In this document: piece by piece, positions 46,992 through 56,422 of the stretch | Layout of the letters: each line of letters starts with the position of its first letter | How positions within the stretch are numbered: position 1 is the first letter of the stretch | Assembly: GCA_964526005.1 (NCBI GenBank) | Contig: CAZGKO010000002.1 | Location: forward strand, 4,927-68,926 | DNA length: 64,000 nt | Direction: 5' to 3' | Source of the DNA: an uncultured Candidatus Peribacteria bacterium | Lineage (GTDB): Bacteria > Patescibacteriota > Gracilibacteria > UBA1369 | Translations under genes and position numbers: made by a program | The notes under the pieces: generated by a model | Databases searched by the model: none | What the model was told of the DNA's origin: nothing | The model's input: the letters and a program-made list of their open reading frames with translations, nothing else

Positions 46992-47927
46992 TTAAAATAA
47001 TGAAGGCTGATTTCTTTTTACTTCTCTAATTTCATTGTTTTTAATCAGATCTTCAAGAGGTTTTATTAAAGATTTAAATTCTAATTCCTGAATAATTTTA
47101 CGACTTGGTTCAGCGGGAAGAGTGTGGACATGACAATTTTCAAGATTGAGATGAATAGGCATATTACGGATAATCGTCGCTATTTTTTGTGATAAATAAG
47201 CTGTTTTTTTATTTTTAGATAATTTTTTTTGTTGAGAAGCGGTAAGTTTATTAAGATGTTGATAAATCAAATCAAGAGTTTTGTATTTTTGCAATAATTT
47301 TACAGCTTGTGTGTCTCCGATACCTTTGACACCTGGAATATTATCGGAAGCATCACCACGTAAGGCTTTATAATCAATAATTTGAGAGGGTGTGATACCC
47401 ATTTTATTTTTAACCTCTTGAGGAGTGTAAGTTACAGTTTGGGTAATCCCTATTTTTGGCATTACAACAGAAGTTTTTGTACTAACCAGTTGGAAAATGT
47501 CTTTATCACCAGTGAGAATAACAGTATGCAGATTTGGTTCGTGCTCGGCTTGTTCAGATAATGTCCCAATAATATCGTCTGCTTCAAAACCGGGATTTTG
47601 GAAAATTGGAATATTAAATATTTTTAATATTTCAAAGAGACGTGGAAGTTGCGGATAAAGTTCGGCAGGTGGCTTGGGTCGATTAGCTTTATATTCCACA
47701 AATTCATGATGGCGAAAAGTTTTATCCTTATGATCGAAAGCACAAATTAAATAATCTGGATTTTCTTTTTTGATAATTTCAAAAAGCATTCTAATAAAAC
47801 CATAAACAGCATTTATATATTCTTTATTAGAAGTTTGAAAGAGGGGAAGAGCATGGAAAGCACGGTGAAATATAGCATTACCATCAATTAAAAGCAGTTT
47901 TTTCATAAAATTTATTAAAAACTGCAT
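46992..47927 (-). CDS. stand-alone 5'-3' exonuclease (Pol I N-terminal/FEN-like)
   Basis: LLLIDGNAIFHRAFHA, GFEADDIIGT, LTGDKDIFQL, GDASDNIPGVKGIG. No polymerase domain (311 aa). Confidence 0.9.
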   Translation of the reverse strand: MQFLINFMKKLLLIDGNAIFHRAFHALPLFQTSNKEYINAVYGFIRMLFEIIKKENPDYLICAFDHKDKTFRHHEFVEYKANRPKPPAELYPQLPRLFEILKIFNIPIFQNPGFEADDIIGTLSEQAEHEPNLHTVILTGDKDIFQLVSTKTSVVMPKIGITQTVTYTPQEVKNKMGITPSQIIDYKALRGDASDNIPGVKGIGDTQAVKLLQKYKTLDLIYQHLNKLTASQQKKLSKNKKTAYLSQKIATIIRNMPIHLNLENCHVHTLPAEPSRKIIQELEFKSLIKPLEDLIKNNEIREVKRNQPSLF

Positions 47928-48010
47928 GGATTCTAGAACAGAAAAAGTTTACTCGCAAGGGAGAGAGTAATATTTTTGTTTAAACCTTAAATTTACTTAA
48001 TTTATTTGAA

Positions 48011-48265
48011 CTAATTTATGTCCTGATAACTTTCACCTAAATCATTTAGTAAATATCGACAATCTTCTTGATTCCAACCAATAAGGACTGGATGAAACGG
48101 TAAATTATCTGTCAACTGACGAGATGATTGTGCTCTTACAGCATCTAATATTAAAAAATAAGGATCACCTTCTTTAGCCACAGGACGACGTTCAGCAAGA
48201 TAATCTCTAACCCTGTTATAATTGTGAGGTAACTCATTATTTAGATTTTCCACAAATTTATTCAT
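48011..48265 (-). CDS. small hypothetical protein (84 aa), tandem paralog A
   Basis: Shares P-x-x-Y...YLA...W-x-(Q/E)-(E/D)-D...LL-x-DL-x-E with 48292..48534. Confidence 0.55.
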   Translation of the reverse strand: MNKFVENLNNELPHNYNRVRDYLAERRPVAKEGDPYFLILDAVRAQSSRQLTDNLPFHPVLIGWNQEDCRYLLNDLGESYQDIN

Positions 48266-48291
48266 ATATTTTTTATGATTAAAATTATCTA

Positions 48292-48534
48292 TTATTGTTC
48301 ATTTAAATCTTGAAGGAGATTTTGAAAATCTTGATCAGTCCATTCGGAATATGCTTCTTTCCGAGCATGATTTTTGAGCAATTCTCCTTTTGCCATTTTT
48401 TTAATATCACTAATTAATTGTTTATAAGTGCTTGTATGATTGAAATCATCGTTTTCTTTTATTGCTAGAAAATAAGTGAGTACTTCCTTATATCCTGGTG
48501 GATTTTGATCTCTTCTTTCAAGCATGTGATCCAT
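48292..48534 (-). CDS. small hypothetical protein (80 aa), tandem paralog B
   Basis: See 48011..48265. Has its own TATAAT-type promoter upstream (minus strand TATAATATATAAAGACATTA-ATG). Confidence 0.55.
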   Translation of the reverse strand: MDHMLERRDQNPPGYKEVLTYFLAIKENDDFNHTSTYKQLISDIKKMAKGELLKNHARKEAYSEWTDQDFQNLLQDLNEQ

Positions 48535-48613
48535 TAATGTCTTTATATATTATATAGTTTACTATATTTCTATATTTTTGCAAGGTGATACTGTGAAATT
48601 GTAATATGGCATA

Positions 48614-49393
48614 ATGGAAGAAAGAGAAATATTATGCTATTATGTAATGATTAAATTTAAAAAAATGAAAATTAAAAAGACCCAACTTCATAAAAGAACA
48701 GTGCAAATTAAAAAAATTAATGTTCCAAAAAAAATATTAAAGAAACCTCTAATTGAAAACAAACTAGACTCTGGAAAAAAATATTTAAATCTTCTTATGG
48801 AAGGGAAAAAAGCAGCTAAAGAAGAATTGCTGTGTAAATTTAATGAAAAAGGACAGTGTGAAAATAATCTGGGATTAAATAAAATCCCTATTTTGCTTGT
48901 TTTTGCGACAGAGTTAAATGGTAAAAGAGAATTGGTAAAAAGAGATGATTTATTTAAATTATTGGAAGGTTTGATGGTAACCAATGCTAAGGTTATTGTT
49001 ATTGATACTGAGCAACCTTCGGATATTGCTGATTTGGGAGAAGCTGGGAAATTGGCTAAAAGGCATGTGATTTGGTATAATCCAATATCTGATGGAAGTG
49101 GACAAATACGAGAAGAGAAAGAAATAGATCGTTTGCTTTTAGCGGCGGATATGGCATTGGTTTTTAGCGGACATATGGAATTGATTCAACTTTTAATGAA
49201 TTATGGGGTAGTGGTTTTAGGAGAAGAAAGTTCACCTCTTTTAGAAGATTATAATCCTAATCATGAAAGCGGGAATGCTTTTACTTATAAACATAAAGAT
49301 GCATGGGGTATTTTTGCTTCAATTGTGAGAGCATTGGAAACTTTTCGCTTTCCATTTGATTGGAGGAATTTAGTAAGAAAGATATATAAATAA
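48614..49393 (+). CDS. glycosyltransferase-like protein (GT-B C-terminal half only, degenerate)
   Basis: LLAADMALVFSGHMELIQLLMNYGVVVLG....GNAFTY......IVRALE resembles the C-terminal lobe of glycogen synthase/GT1-family enzymes, but the catalytic E-x7-E region looks degenerate. The start may be the internal MKIKK. Confidence 0.4.
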   Translation: MEEREILCYYVMIKFKKMKIKKTQLHKRTVQIKKINVPKKILKKPLIENKLDSGKKYLNLLMEGKKAAKEELLCKFNEKGQCENNLGLNKIPILLVFATELNGKRELVKRDDLFKLLEGLMVTNAKVIVIDTEQPSDIADLGEAGKLAKRHVIWYNPISDGSGQIREEKEIDRLLLAADMALVFSGHMELIQLLMNYGVVVLGEESSPLLEDYNPNHESGNAFTYKHKDAWGIFASIVRALETFRFPFDWRNLVRKIYK

Positions 49394-49426
49394 CATGTGT
49401 TAAACATGAGGAGAATAGGTTGGGTG

Positions 49427-49798
49427 CTATCCTCCAAGAGATGGGGTGCCGGCTCCTTGACTGTCTTTAAAACTGGAAAATAGTCCTTGAACATTTTGTA
49501 TTACATCGTGGAAATTGATATAGCGAATAATATCAAGTCCGATTAATTTCCCGATTGTACCTACAATGACTACAGCAAAAACTGTAATGATTAAACCAAT
49601 AATAGCGTAACGGATTGTGCCAATGGCCTTTTTAATTTTCGCATCATCTCCTCCTGATAAAATAAAAGAAAAACCCCCAACAAAAATAAAAATCACTGAA
49701 AGGATCCCAGCTGCAATTATTGCATAGGCTAGACCCTTATCAATGATATCTAAAACGTTATAATTAGATGCGGACTGGATGATGCTCTGATTTGGCAT
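49427..49798 (-). CDS. T4SS-pilin-like small membrane protein (TrbC/VirB2-type)
   Basis: Two TM helices flank the loop GGFSFILSGGDDAKIKKAIGTIRYAIIGLII. This is the pattern of CPR-type T4SS pilin families. Confidence 0.5.
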   Translation of the reverse strand: MPNQSIIQSASNYNVLDIIDKGLAYAIIAAGILSVIFIFVGGFSFILSGGDDAKIKKAIGTIRYAIIGLIITVFAVVIVGTIGKLIGLDIIRYINFHDVIQNVQGLFSSFKDSQGAGTPSLGG

Positions 49799-49856
49799 AA
49801 TAATAAATTAGTGTTTGTATTGCTATTAATTTACTATAGATTTAAATCAATTGCAA

Positions 49857-50168
49857 TTATACTCCCAGATCATCGTCAATGCTGGCTCCACCGCCATTGG
49901 CAACAGACCCATCTGGTTCAACAATTTTTAGATTAACACGGGCATTATTTTTAGAACCGATAACACGAAGCAAAATGCGAATGGATTTAGCAGTTTGACC
50001 GCTTTTACCGATTACTTTTCCCATGTCTTCTTTAGCACATTTGAGTGTGATTAAAACACCCATTTCATCAACAGTTCTTTCAACTATGACATCATCTGGA
50101 TGATCAACGATCTGTTTAACAATATATTCAACGAAATCGCGATCCTGTGTAGTACTATTGTTGTTCAT
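49857..50168 (-). CDS. KH-domain RNA-binding protein (YlqC-like)
   Basis: GKVIGKSGQTAKSIRILL is a KH GxxG motif. Canonical position downstream of rpsP. Confidence 0.85.
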   Translation of the reverse strand: MNNNSTTQDRDFVEYIVKQIVDHPDDVIVERTVDEMGVLITLKCAKEDMGKVIGKSGQTAKSIRILLRVIGSKNNARVNLKIVEPDGSVANGGGASIDDDLGV

Positions 50169-50211
50169 TTCTTTTGGGGTTATGGATTAGAAAACAAACT
50201 ACAAATAAAAT

Positions 50212-50637
50212 TTAGGCTGCCGGTTCGGCAGTGCTTTCTTCACTAGATTTCACTTCAATTGCTGGTGTGACTGATTCACTAGGTTTCTCTTCAGTAACGA
50301 GAGTTGGTGCGGGAGTAACGGGAGTTGGAGTTTCTTCATTACTACTTTTCTTTTTCTTGGCTTTTAAATCAGTTCGGTATGTGATGAAATCATCCATTCC
50401 TTCCATTCCATGATGTTTTAATAAAGTTGCAAGAGTTGCAGAGGGTTTAGCTCCTTTAGAAATCCAATAAGAAATTCTGTCCTGATTGAATTTAAATTCC
50501 TTAGGATTGCGGATTGGTAGATAATAACCTAATACCTCAATAAATTTGCCTTTAACTGGTTTTGAGTGTTCGGCGACCACTATTCTAAAACTGGGCTGTC
50601 CTGCCTTTCCAGTTCGGGTAAGTCTGATTCTAAGCAC
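50212..50637 (-). CDS. rpsP: 30S ribosomal protein S16 with K/P/T/E-rich C-terminal extension
   Basis: GTG start. MLRIRLTRTGKAGQPSFRIVVAEH..., YWISKGAKPS. The ~60-aa tail is low complexity. Confidence 0.93.
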   Translation of the reverse strand: MLRIRLTRTGKAGQPSFRIVVAEHSKPVKGKFIEVLGYYLPIRNPKEFKFNQDRISYWISKGAKPSATLATLLKHHGMEGMDDFITYRTDLKAKKKKSSNEETPTPVTPAPTLVTEEKPSESVTPAIEVKSSEESTAEPAA

Positions 50638-50671
50638 GATTTTTTAAAATTACTGAGTAAATTGCTGCCAC

Positions 50672-50699
50672 AGTATAGAAAAACTGTTATGATTGTCAA
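50672..50699 (-). promoter_or_regulatory. sigma70-type promoter of rpsP
   Basis: Minus strand: TTGACA (50694-50699), 16-nt spacer, TATACT (50672-50677). Confidence 0.5.
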
Positions 50700-50706
50700 T
50701 ACTACG

Positions 50707-51240
50707 TTAGTCATTAGCTGAACCAGACTTTAAACGGATTTTAATATCAGTGCAAGTTTGGCTTCCAAATCGCATATTAAGTTGTTCGAGAAGTTGATGT
50801 TTTTTAGTAACCAATAATAGTGAATGAGATGGTGATTTAGATATAAAGACAATAATTCTATCTTTAAAAAATAGTGGGGAAATATTAGCCACCTGCTGTG
50901 GGAGTAATTCTTTAATTAATTCACGGGCAAATTGACAAATTTGTATTGCTTTTAAAGTTGTCCCAAATCCAAAACGATTAGCGACGACTTGAACCAAATT
51001 TTGAAATTGAGAATTCTGAATGGGACGAGCCTGTTGAAATTCTGGTTCAAAAGTTCCATGCTGACTGGAATTGAGTTCTGGGAATTCAGAATGTGAAAAA
51101 TTACTTTTATTTTTATTATTAAAATTATTGTGAGATCGGTGTGATCTTGAATTATATTTAAAATACGAGTTATGAGAAGATTTAGGATGCGAGCTATGCT
51201 GACGATATTGTTTATCGTTTTGTGAATAAGATGAATCCAT
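50707..51240 (-). CDS. DUF721/DciA-like protein with S/N/H/K-rich N-terminal extension
   Basis: The C-terminal half (ISPLFFKDRIIVFISKSPSHSLLLVTKKHQLLEQLNMRFG...IKIRL) fits the DUF721 pattern. The assignment is tentative. Confidence 0.45.
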   Translation of the reverse strand: MDSSYSQNDKQYRQHSSHPKSSHNSYFKYNSRSHRSHNNFNNKNKSNFSHSEFPELNSSQHGTFEPEFQQARPIQNSQFQNLVQVVANRFGFGTTLKAIQICQFARELIKELLPQQVANISPLFFKDRIIVFISKSPSHSLLLVTKKHQLLEQLNMRFGSQTCTDIKIRLKSGSAND

Positions 51241-52364
51241 TAAGACTTAGAAATATCTAAATATAATTTATGTGTTTCTGTGGCCATTTTAGACCAAGAA
51301 AACATTTTTACATAATTTAAACCAGCTAGAGAAAGCTTCTGATAAAGTTCAGTATTAGTCAAAAGTTTTTCGACCGCTTTGGCAAGTTCTTTAGGTTGAT
51401 AAGGATTAAAATACATAACATTGTCCTGACAAATTTCGGGAAGAGAGGATGTATTGGAAACAGCAACTGGAGTGCCACATTGCATTGCTTCTAAAGCAGG
51501 TAGTCCAAAACCTTCATAAAAAGAAGGGAAAACATAAACAGCCGCGGCATTGATTAAATGTACTAATTCTAATTCGGAAACCAGTCCAGTAAAAATAATT
51601 TTCTCTTTTAAATTGAGTTTCTCAACTTGTTTAAAAATTTCTGAAGCATAAATATTATCGGTTTTTCCTGTAATTATTAATTTAATATTAGGAAAATTAT
51701 TTTGAATTATAAAAAACCCATCAATTAATCCTTGAAGGTTTTTGTGGTTGCGCCAAACACCGGTATAGAGTAGAAAATCTTGATCTATCTGATATTTTTT
51801 TAAAGTGGGGGTTAGTTCAGCAAGATTATCAATTGGATAAAAATTTTCATTTACTCCTTCATAAATAACTTTGATTTTAGAAGCTTTGACGCTAAGAATA
51901 GATTCTAGATCGGAAGCGGTATTATGGGAAACAGCAATGATTTTTTTAGATTTTTTAACAATTGATTTAATAGTTAAGCGATAAGCAATTCGATAAATGA
52001 TTGATGACATTTTTTTCCCCGGGAAAAAATGTAAAGTTAAATCATGAATAGTTACAATAGTGGGGTGGTGATATAAAATGGGTGCGTTAAAATGAGTAAA
52101 ATGCATTACATCCAATTTATATGAATTAAGAATAGCTAGAAATTTAATTTGTTCTGCTAAACTATAATGTTTGGCATTAACAAGAATTGGTGTGAAATTG
52201 GGACCAGGCGTATGAAAAGTTTCAAATTCTGGAGAATTGAAAAATAAAAAATATTGATTTTGTTGATCAATTTTAGCGAGATTATGAATTAGTTCATATG
52301 TGTAGCGTCCAATTCCAGTGAATGAACTAGAGTACATTCTACAATCAATTCCAATAGTGGGCAT
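51240..52364 (-). CDS. glycosyltransferase family 4 (GT-B)
   Basis: VFPSFYEGFGLPALEAMQCGTPVAVSNTSSLPEI (E-x7-E motif). Its stop overlaps the downstream start (TAATG). Confidence 0.88.
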   Translation of the reverse strand: MPTIGIDCRMYSSSFTGIGRYTYELIHNLAKIDQQNQYFLFFNSPEFETFHTPGPNFTPILVNAKHYSLAEQIKFLAILNSYKLDVMHFTHFNAPILYHHPTIVTIHDLTLHFFPGKKMSSIIYRIAYRLTIKSIVKKSKKIIAVSHNTASDLESILSVKASKIKVIYEGVNENFYPIDNLAELTPTLKKYQIDQDFLLYTGVWRNHKNLQGLIDGFFIIQNNFPNIKLIITGKTDNIYASEIFKQVEKLNLKEKIIFTGLVSELELVHLINAAAVYVFPSFYEGFGLPALEAMQCGTPVAVSNTSSLPEICQDNVMYFNPYQPKELAKAVEKLLTNTELYQKLSLAGLNYVKMFSWSKMATETHKLYLDISKS

Positions 52365-52506
52365 AAGATATAATAGTGATATTGCATGTGTTTCAATTCA
52401 AGCGTAAAAATGGAAATTGTGCAATGGACTTGCAATAAATAGATGAATTGATTATATTTTTTCTGCGCGTGACGGTTATTTGTGCTTGGCGCAAAGATGG
52501 TTTTAT

Positions 52507-52583
52507 GGAGACGTAGTTCAGCTGGTTAGAACGCCACACTGTCACTGTGGAGGTCACGGGTTCGAGTCCCGTCGTTTCCGCCA
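52507..52583 (+). tRNA. tRNA-Asp (GTC), CCA encoded
   Basis: ggagacgtagttcagctggttagaacgccacactGTCactgtggaggtcacgggttcgagtcccgtcgtttccgcca. Confidence 0.92.
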
Positions 52584-52676
52584 TGAATAAATATACTTAT
52601 TTAAAATAAATAAGTATTGTTTGACAAATTATTAAATAATATTTATATATATTTTTAATAATTAATATTATGTGAA

Positions 52677-53351
52677 ATGTATACAATTAGCTCTTTAGGT
52701 AGTAATGGAGAAATTTTATTGGATGAAGATGCTTATTTCTGTCCAAAAAGAGATGGTCATGGAGAAATAATCCCGCTATCAGAGGTTCATCCAATGCAAA
52801 TTCAAATGATTGTGAAAGTTAGATCTCAATTGATAGAGAGTGTATTTGATGACAAAATGGACCTTGTAACTATTGAAGAGTTGCAGCAAATTTCTGATTT
52901 TGTGAAAACAATTGTTAAGTTTTATTTATTGCGTGACAGTTTAAAACTTTCTCCAACAAATAAAAAAACTGAAACATTTAGTGTATTGAATCAAGTTGCT
53001 AAAAATATTCGATATGTATTACAAAGACTAAACCCACACTTTAATCTGGGAAAATATCTAAAAAAATTTAGTATTGAAAAAACTATTTTAGATAATAGGA
53101 AAATTTTGGGAAGTGATTTAAGAGATCATGATCCTATTTCTGACGTAGAAATAGAATTAAATGCGAATTTGTTAAAAAAATCACTGATAGGTAGAGCATT
53201 TACCGTAAGATTGGTAGCTGAATTATCTCTAGTTTTAAAAAAAATGTATGAACCTGATTTTTGTCGGGTATATTATAATGGACTAGTACGACAATTAGGA
53301 ATTTTAGATGATCATATCAAAACTGGGCGTGGAAGTCTGGATTTGAAATAG
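52677..53351 (+). CDS. hypothetical protein (224 aa)
   Basis: ORF preceded by TTGACA...TATATA. No family recognised. Confidence 0.6.
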   Translation: MYTISSLGSNGEILLDEDAYFCPKRDGHGEIIPLSEVHPMQIQMIVKVRSQLIESVFDDKMDLVTIEELQQISDFVKTIVKFYLLRDSLKLSPTNKKTETFSVLNQVAKNIRYVLQRLNPHFNLGKYLKKFSIEKTILDNRKILGSDLRDHDPISDVEIELNANLLKKSLIGRAFTVRLVAELSLVLKKMYEPDFCRVYYNGLVRQLGILDDHIKTGRGSLDLK

Positions 53352-53418
53352 AAGGAGTGAATTTGACATTTATATTTGTTTATTGTATGTTATGCGCTTC
53401 ATTTAATTTTTTATAGTT

Positions 53419-55881
53419 ATGAATACTAAACAATATTTTGAAGCTGTTCCAGATTCAGATACATTAGAAAAATTATCAGATGATCCAAAATTGAGGCCTA
53501 TTTTAAATATTAGTGGGATAATAGCGTCAACTATTAATAAATTGGCGGATTTTGATAGTGAGTTACAACAAGAAATTACTACTATAGATCAAAAACGATC
53601 TACAATACTAAAACAAATTGAAACATTACAAAAACTGATTGATACATCTTCATTACAAGATATATCGCCCGATTCTATGTTAATGGCTATTAAGGCTGAA
53701 CTTGAGCATAAACAAAAACTTGTTCAGGTGTTACAGCTAATGATTGAACAAATTTTGATGGAAAATTTTATAAAAATTATAATTTTTGTTGTTGAATACT
53801 TATCTGATGAACGATTACAAATATTTAATATTAATCGTAAATCTATAATTCATACTTTATATAGAAATTTAGCTTTTTATCTAGATAAATTTCAAATTAG
53901 TAAACAGGTGATTATAGATGTTGAATTCGAGGTTAAACAACATCTTTTTAGTACCAGACATAAAGAGTTTGAAGAATTAATACGACCACATCAAGGGTTA
54001 ATAACAGATATACAACCTGGAAAAATCAGTCCAGATATGAATATTCCAGATAACAAAAAAATAAAAAGAGAAACGTTACAACCTATTCCGGATATGTTTA
54101 GAAATTCGGCTGTAGAAGTAAAGAAAGGTAGGACTTTGCCACCTGGGCCGAATTTGTTTAGAAATGCAATGTTAGAAAATATATATGAAAATCAATTTAA
54201 AGAATTTTTGAGAAAAACCGAAGTTTATTCTTTGAGGAACCCGATGACGGAAGTATTGACTCAGGAACAATCCTCTCAAAATGCAAATAATACAATCGAT
54301 CGTTTAGAACAACCTAATAAGTCAATTACCCCTATTCCAGAAAAAAATGATATAAAATTAGATAAACCTGATAATATACTGGTAACCGAAAAGGTTACAG
54401 TTGAAAAACTTGGACAAAATTCCAATGAACAAGCTGGAATTTTGTCTAGAATGCAAAAGTGGTTTGGTAAACATAAAAAAGGTTTATTGGTGGCACTTGC
54501 TGTTGGAATGGGTGGGAGTGGGGGATTATATCTATATAAAAATTCTCAATCGCACTTAAAACAGACAAATATTACTAATCAAACTGCGAAAGCTTCTTTA
54601 CCGATGACTCCAAATCATTTATCTCATATAGTAGTATTACAAGAAACTGAAGTACATGGGAATGTCCAAACTACTCCCGAACATAAAGTAAATGAAAAAT
54701 ATGTATCAGTTATTAAAAATTCCAAAAATAAAGTTTTGCAACAAATGATACATAAAGGAGAATATACTTTGGGGAAATTGAGTATTTTAGATTCTATGAT
54801 TACTCCTTTTAAAGAAATTGCTAATACTCAACAAAGAGCTAAAATTACTGACTTTGAACAAGAAATTAATGAAGGATTGGTTATTTATTTCTATGAAAAA
54901 TTTGGAACGGCAACTCATAAAGCTGAAAGTTTAAAAGATCCAAAATTACGAAATTTATGGCGAACAGCCAAATATGTGAAACTTTCCGATTTAAAAAAAG
55001 TACTTTCTCCGCAAAGATATGCGGCAGCTCGCAAACTGGGTATACAAATTTTAGAAAAAGATGGTAAGACATTTGGTTATAATGTCTCTGCTAATCCAGC
55101 TCTAAAAGCACAAACTGAAGGAAATATGTTTCAGGCTCACAATCCATTGTCTGCAATTAAAATTCAGACAGCAGATGGTACTTTAAATGTAATTCTTCAG
55201 AAAATGAATCGGATTTTTGAAGGTGGACTTTCTGCTAATTTATCTAAAAAAGTTCCAACTCAATCTCAGATTATTCCAATTCTTAATAATGGAAATCCAA
55301 ATAACTTAAAAAGTGCTCCAAATTCAAGCGGACAGATTCTACCGGATATTGCTCCCATACAAGATTTGAATTCAATTAATAAATTAAGAATGCCATCCTC
55401 AAATATTCCAAATACCACCGATATTGATAATGATTGGGATGAAAAACCAATTTCGACTATTCCAAATACTACCGAAATTGATAATGGTTGGGATGAAAAA
55501 CCAATTTCGACTATTTCAAATACTACTGAAATTGATAATGGTTGGGATGATAATAATAATGATGTTGATATAAAATTAAGTGCTTTAATGAATCAAGCTG
55601 AGGCATATAATAAATTTATGCAGACTGGTGAAATTAAATTAGATCTAGATAAAAGATTAACCCGTTTTCAGGAAAAACATATTGTTTTAAATAAAGTTGC
55701 AGATGAATTATCAGTGATTTTAGGGAAATCCAATTATAAATATATTGAAAAAGTAATTAAACAATTTGGATTTATTGGATTTCAGAAATTAGAATTTGAT
55801 GGTAAAGGTCATGTTGATGTGGTGTTGGCTCCCAGAGTAAAAGCTATTTTGCTTCAAGCTGTGAAAATTAATAACAGTTAA
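53419..55881 (+). CDS. hypothetical 820-aa single-pass membrane protein with Trp-acidic tandem repeats
   Basis: Coiled-coil N-region. Central TM segment GLLVALAVGMGGSGGLYLY. C-terminal repeats IPNTT(D/E)IDN(D/G)WDEKPIST. Confidence 0.7.
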   Translation: MNTKQYFEAVPDSDTLEKLSDDPKLRPILNISGIIASTINKLADFDSELQQEITTIDQKRSTILKQIETLQKLIDTSSLQDISPDSMLMAIKAELEHKQKLVQVLQLMIEQILMENFIKIIIFVVEYLSDERLQIFNINRKSIIHTLYRNLAFYLDKFQISKQVIIDVEFEVKQHLFSTRHKEFEELIRPHQGLITDIQPGKISPDMNIPDNKKIKRETLQPIPDMFRNSAVEVKKGRTLPPGPNLFRNAMLENIYENQFKEFLRKTEVYSLRNPMTEVLTQEQSSQNANNTIDRLEQPNKSITPIPEKNDIKLDKPDNILVTEKVTVEKLGQNSNEQAGILSRMQKWFGKHKKGLLVALAVGMGGSGGLYLYKNSQSHLKQTNITNQTAKASLPMTPNHLSHIVVLQETEVHGNVQTTPEHKVNEKYVSVIKNSKNKVLQQMIHKGEYTLGKLSILDSMITPFKEIANTQQRAKITDFEQEINEGLVIYFYEKFGTATHKAESLKDPKLRNLWRTAKYVKLSDLKKVLSPQRYAAARKLGIQILEKDGKTFGYNVSANPALKAQTEGNMFQAHNPLSAIKIQTADGTLNVILQKMNRIFEGGLSANLSKKVPTQSQIIPILNNGNPNNLKSAPNSSGQILPDIAPIQDLNSINKLRMPSSNIPNTTDIDNDWDEKPISTIPNTTEIDNGWDEKPISTISNTTEIDNGWDDNNNDVDIKLSALMNQAEAYNKFMQTGEIKLDLDKRLTRFQEKHIVLNKVADELSVILGKSNYKYIEKVIKQFGFIGFQKLEFDGKGHVDVVLAPRVKAILLQAVKINNS
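55405..55548 (+). repeat. 2.7 x 54-nt in-frame tandem repeat
   Basis: Units at 55405-55458, 55459-55512 and 55513-55548 (partial), about 90 percent identical. Confidence 0.9.
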
Positions 55882-55972
55882 ATAAATTCCCTTTGTTTCA
55901 ACTGAATTGGAAAGGATAGTGACAAATATTCACTCTTCCAATAGAATAATTGGGAATATTATTTAAATTATT

Positions 55973-56422
55973 ATGACATTAAAAGAAAAAGTGCAGGAAG
56001 ATTTAATTGCAGCAATGAAAAGCGGGGATGAGACCAAAAAAAGTGTTTTAAGAATGCTCAAGGCGGCAATTATGACATGGGAAGTAAATGGGAATGAAAA
56101 AAAAGAAGCTGGAGACGATGTTGTAATGCAATTAATCGGTAAGGAAGTAAAACAAAGAAAAGATGCTATAGAAGCTTTTATTACTGGTGAAAATAATAAA
56201 ATGGCAGAAAAAGAAAAATCTGAAATGGACATTTTAATGAAATATATGCCAATACAAATGAGTGAAGAAGAAGTAAATCTTGAAGTGCAAAAAATATTAA
56301 CTGCAGCTGAAATAACTTTTAGATCTGATATGGGAAAAGCAATGGGCTTGGTAATGAATAAATTAAGAGGTAAAGCTGATGGAGGGATGATTAATAAGGC
56401 AGTTGGAGCTTATCTTAAATAA
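55973..56422 (+). CDS. GatB/YqeY-domain protein
   Basis: DLIAAMKSGDETKKSVLRMLKAAI, EVKQRKDAIEAF, MGKAMGLVMNKLRGKADGGMINKAV. Confidence 0.85.
   Translation: MTLKEKVQEDLIAAMKSGDETKKSVLRMLKAAIMTWEVNGNEKKEAGDDVVMQLIGKEVKQRKDAIEAFITGENNKMAEKEKSEMDILMKYMPIQMSEEEVNLEVQKILTAAEITFRSDMGKAMGLVMNKLRGKADGGMINKAVGAYLK

Noticed and set aside
52393-52584. ORF 52393..52584(-)
   Set aside because: It overlaps tRNA-Asp on the opposite strand (MAETTGLEPVTS is the tRNA complement).
55405-55548. Tandem repeats here, at 38588-38671 and at 4552-4608 as possible CRISPR or non-coding arrays
   Set aside because: All are in frame within long ORFs, have no unique spacers, and translate to coherent peptide repeats.
55963-56232. 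ORF 55963..56232(-), antisense to the YqeY-like gene
   Set aside because: The plus-strand frame has clear GatB/YqeY motifs. The antisense peptide is low complexity.
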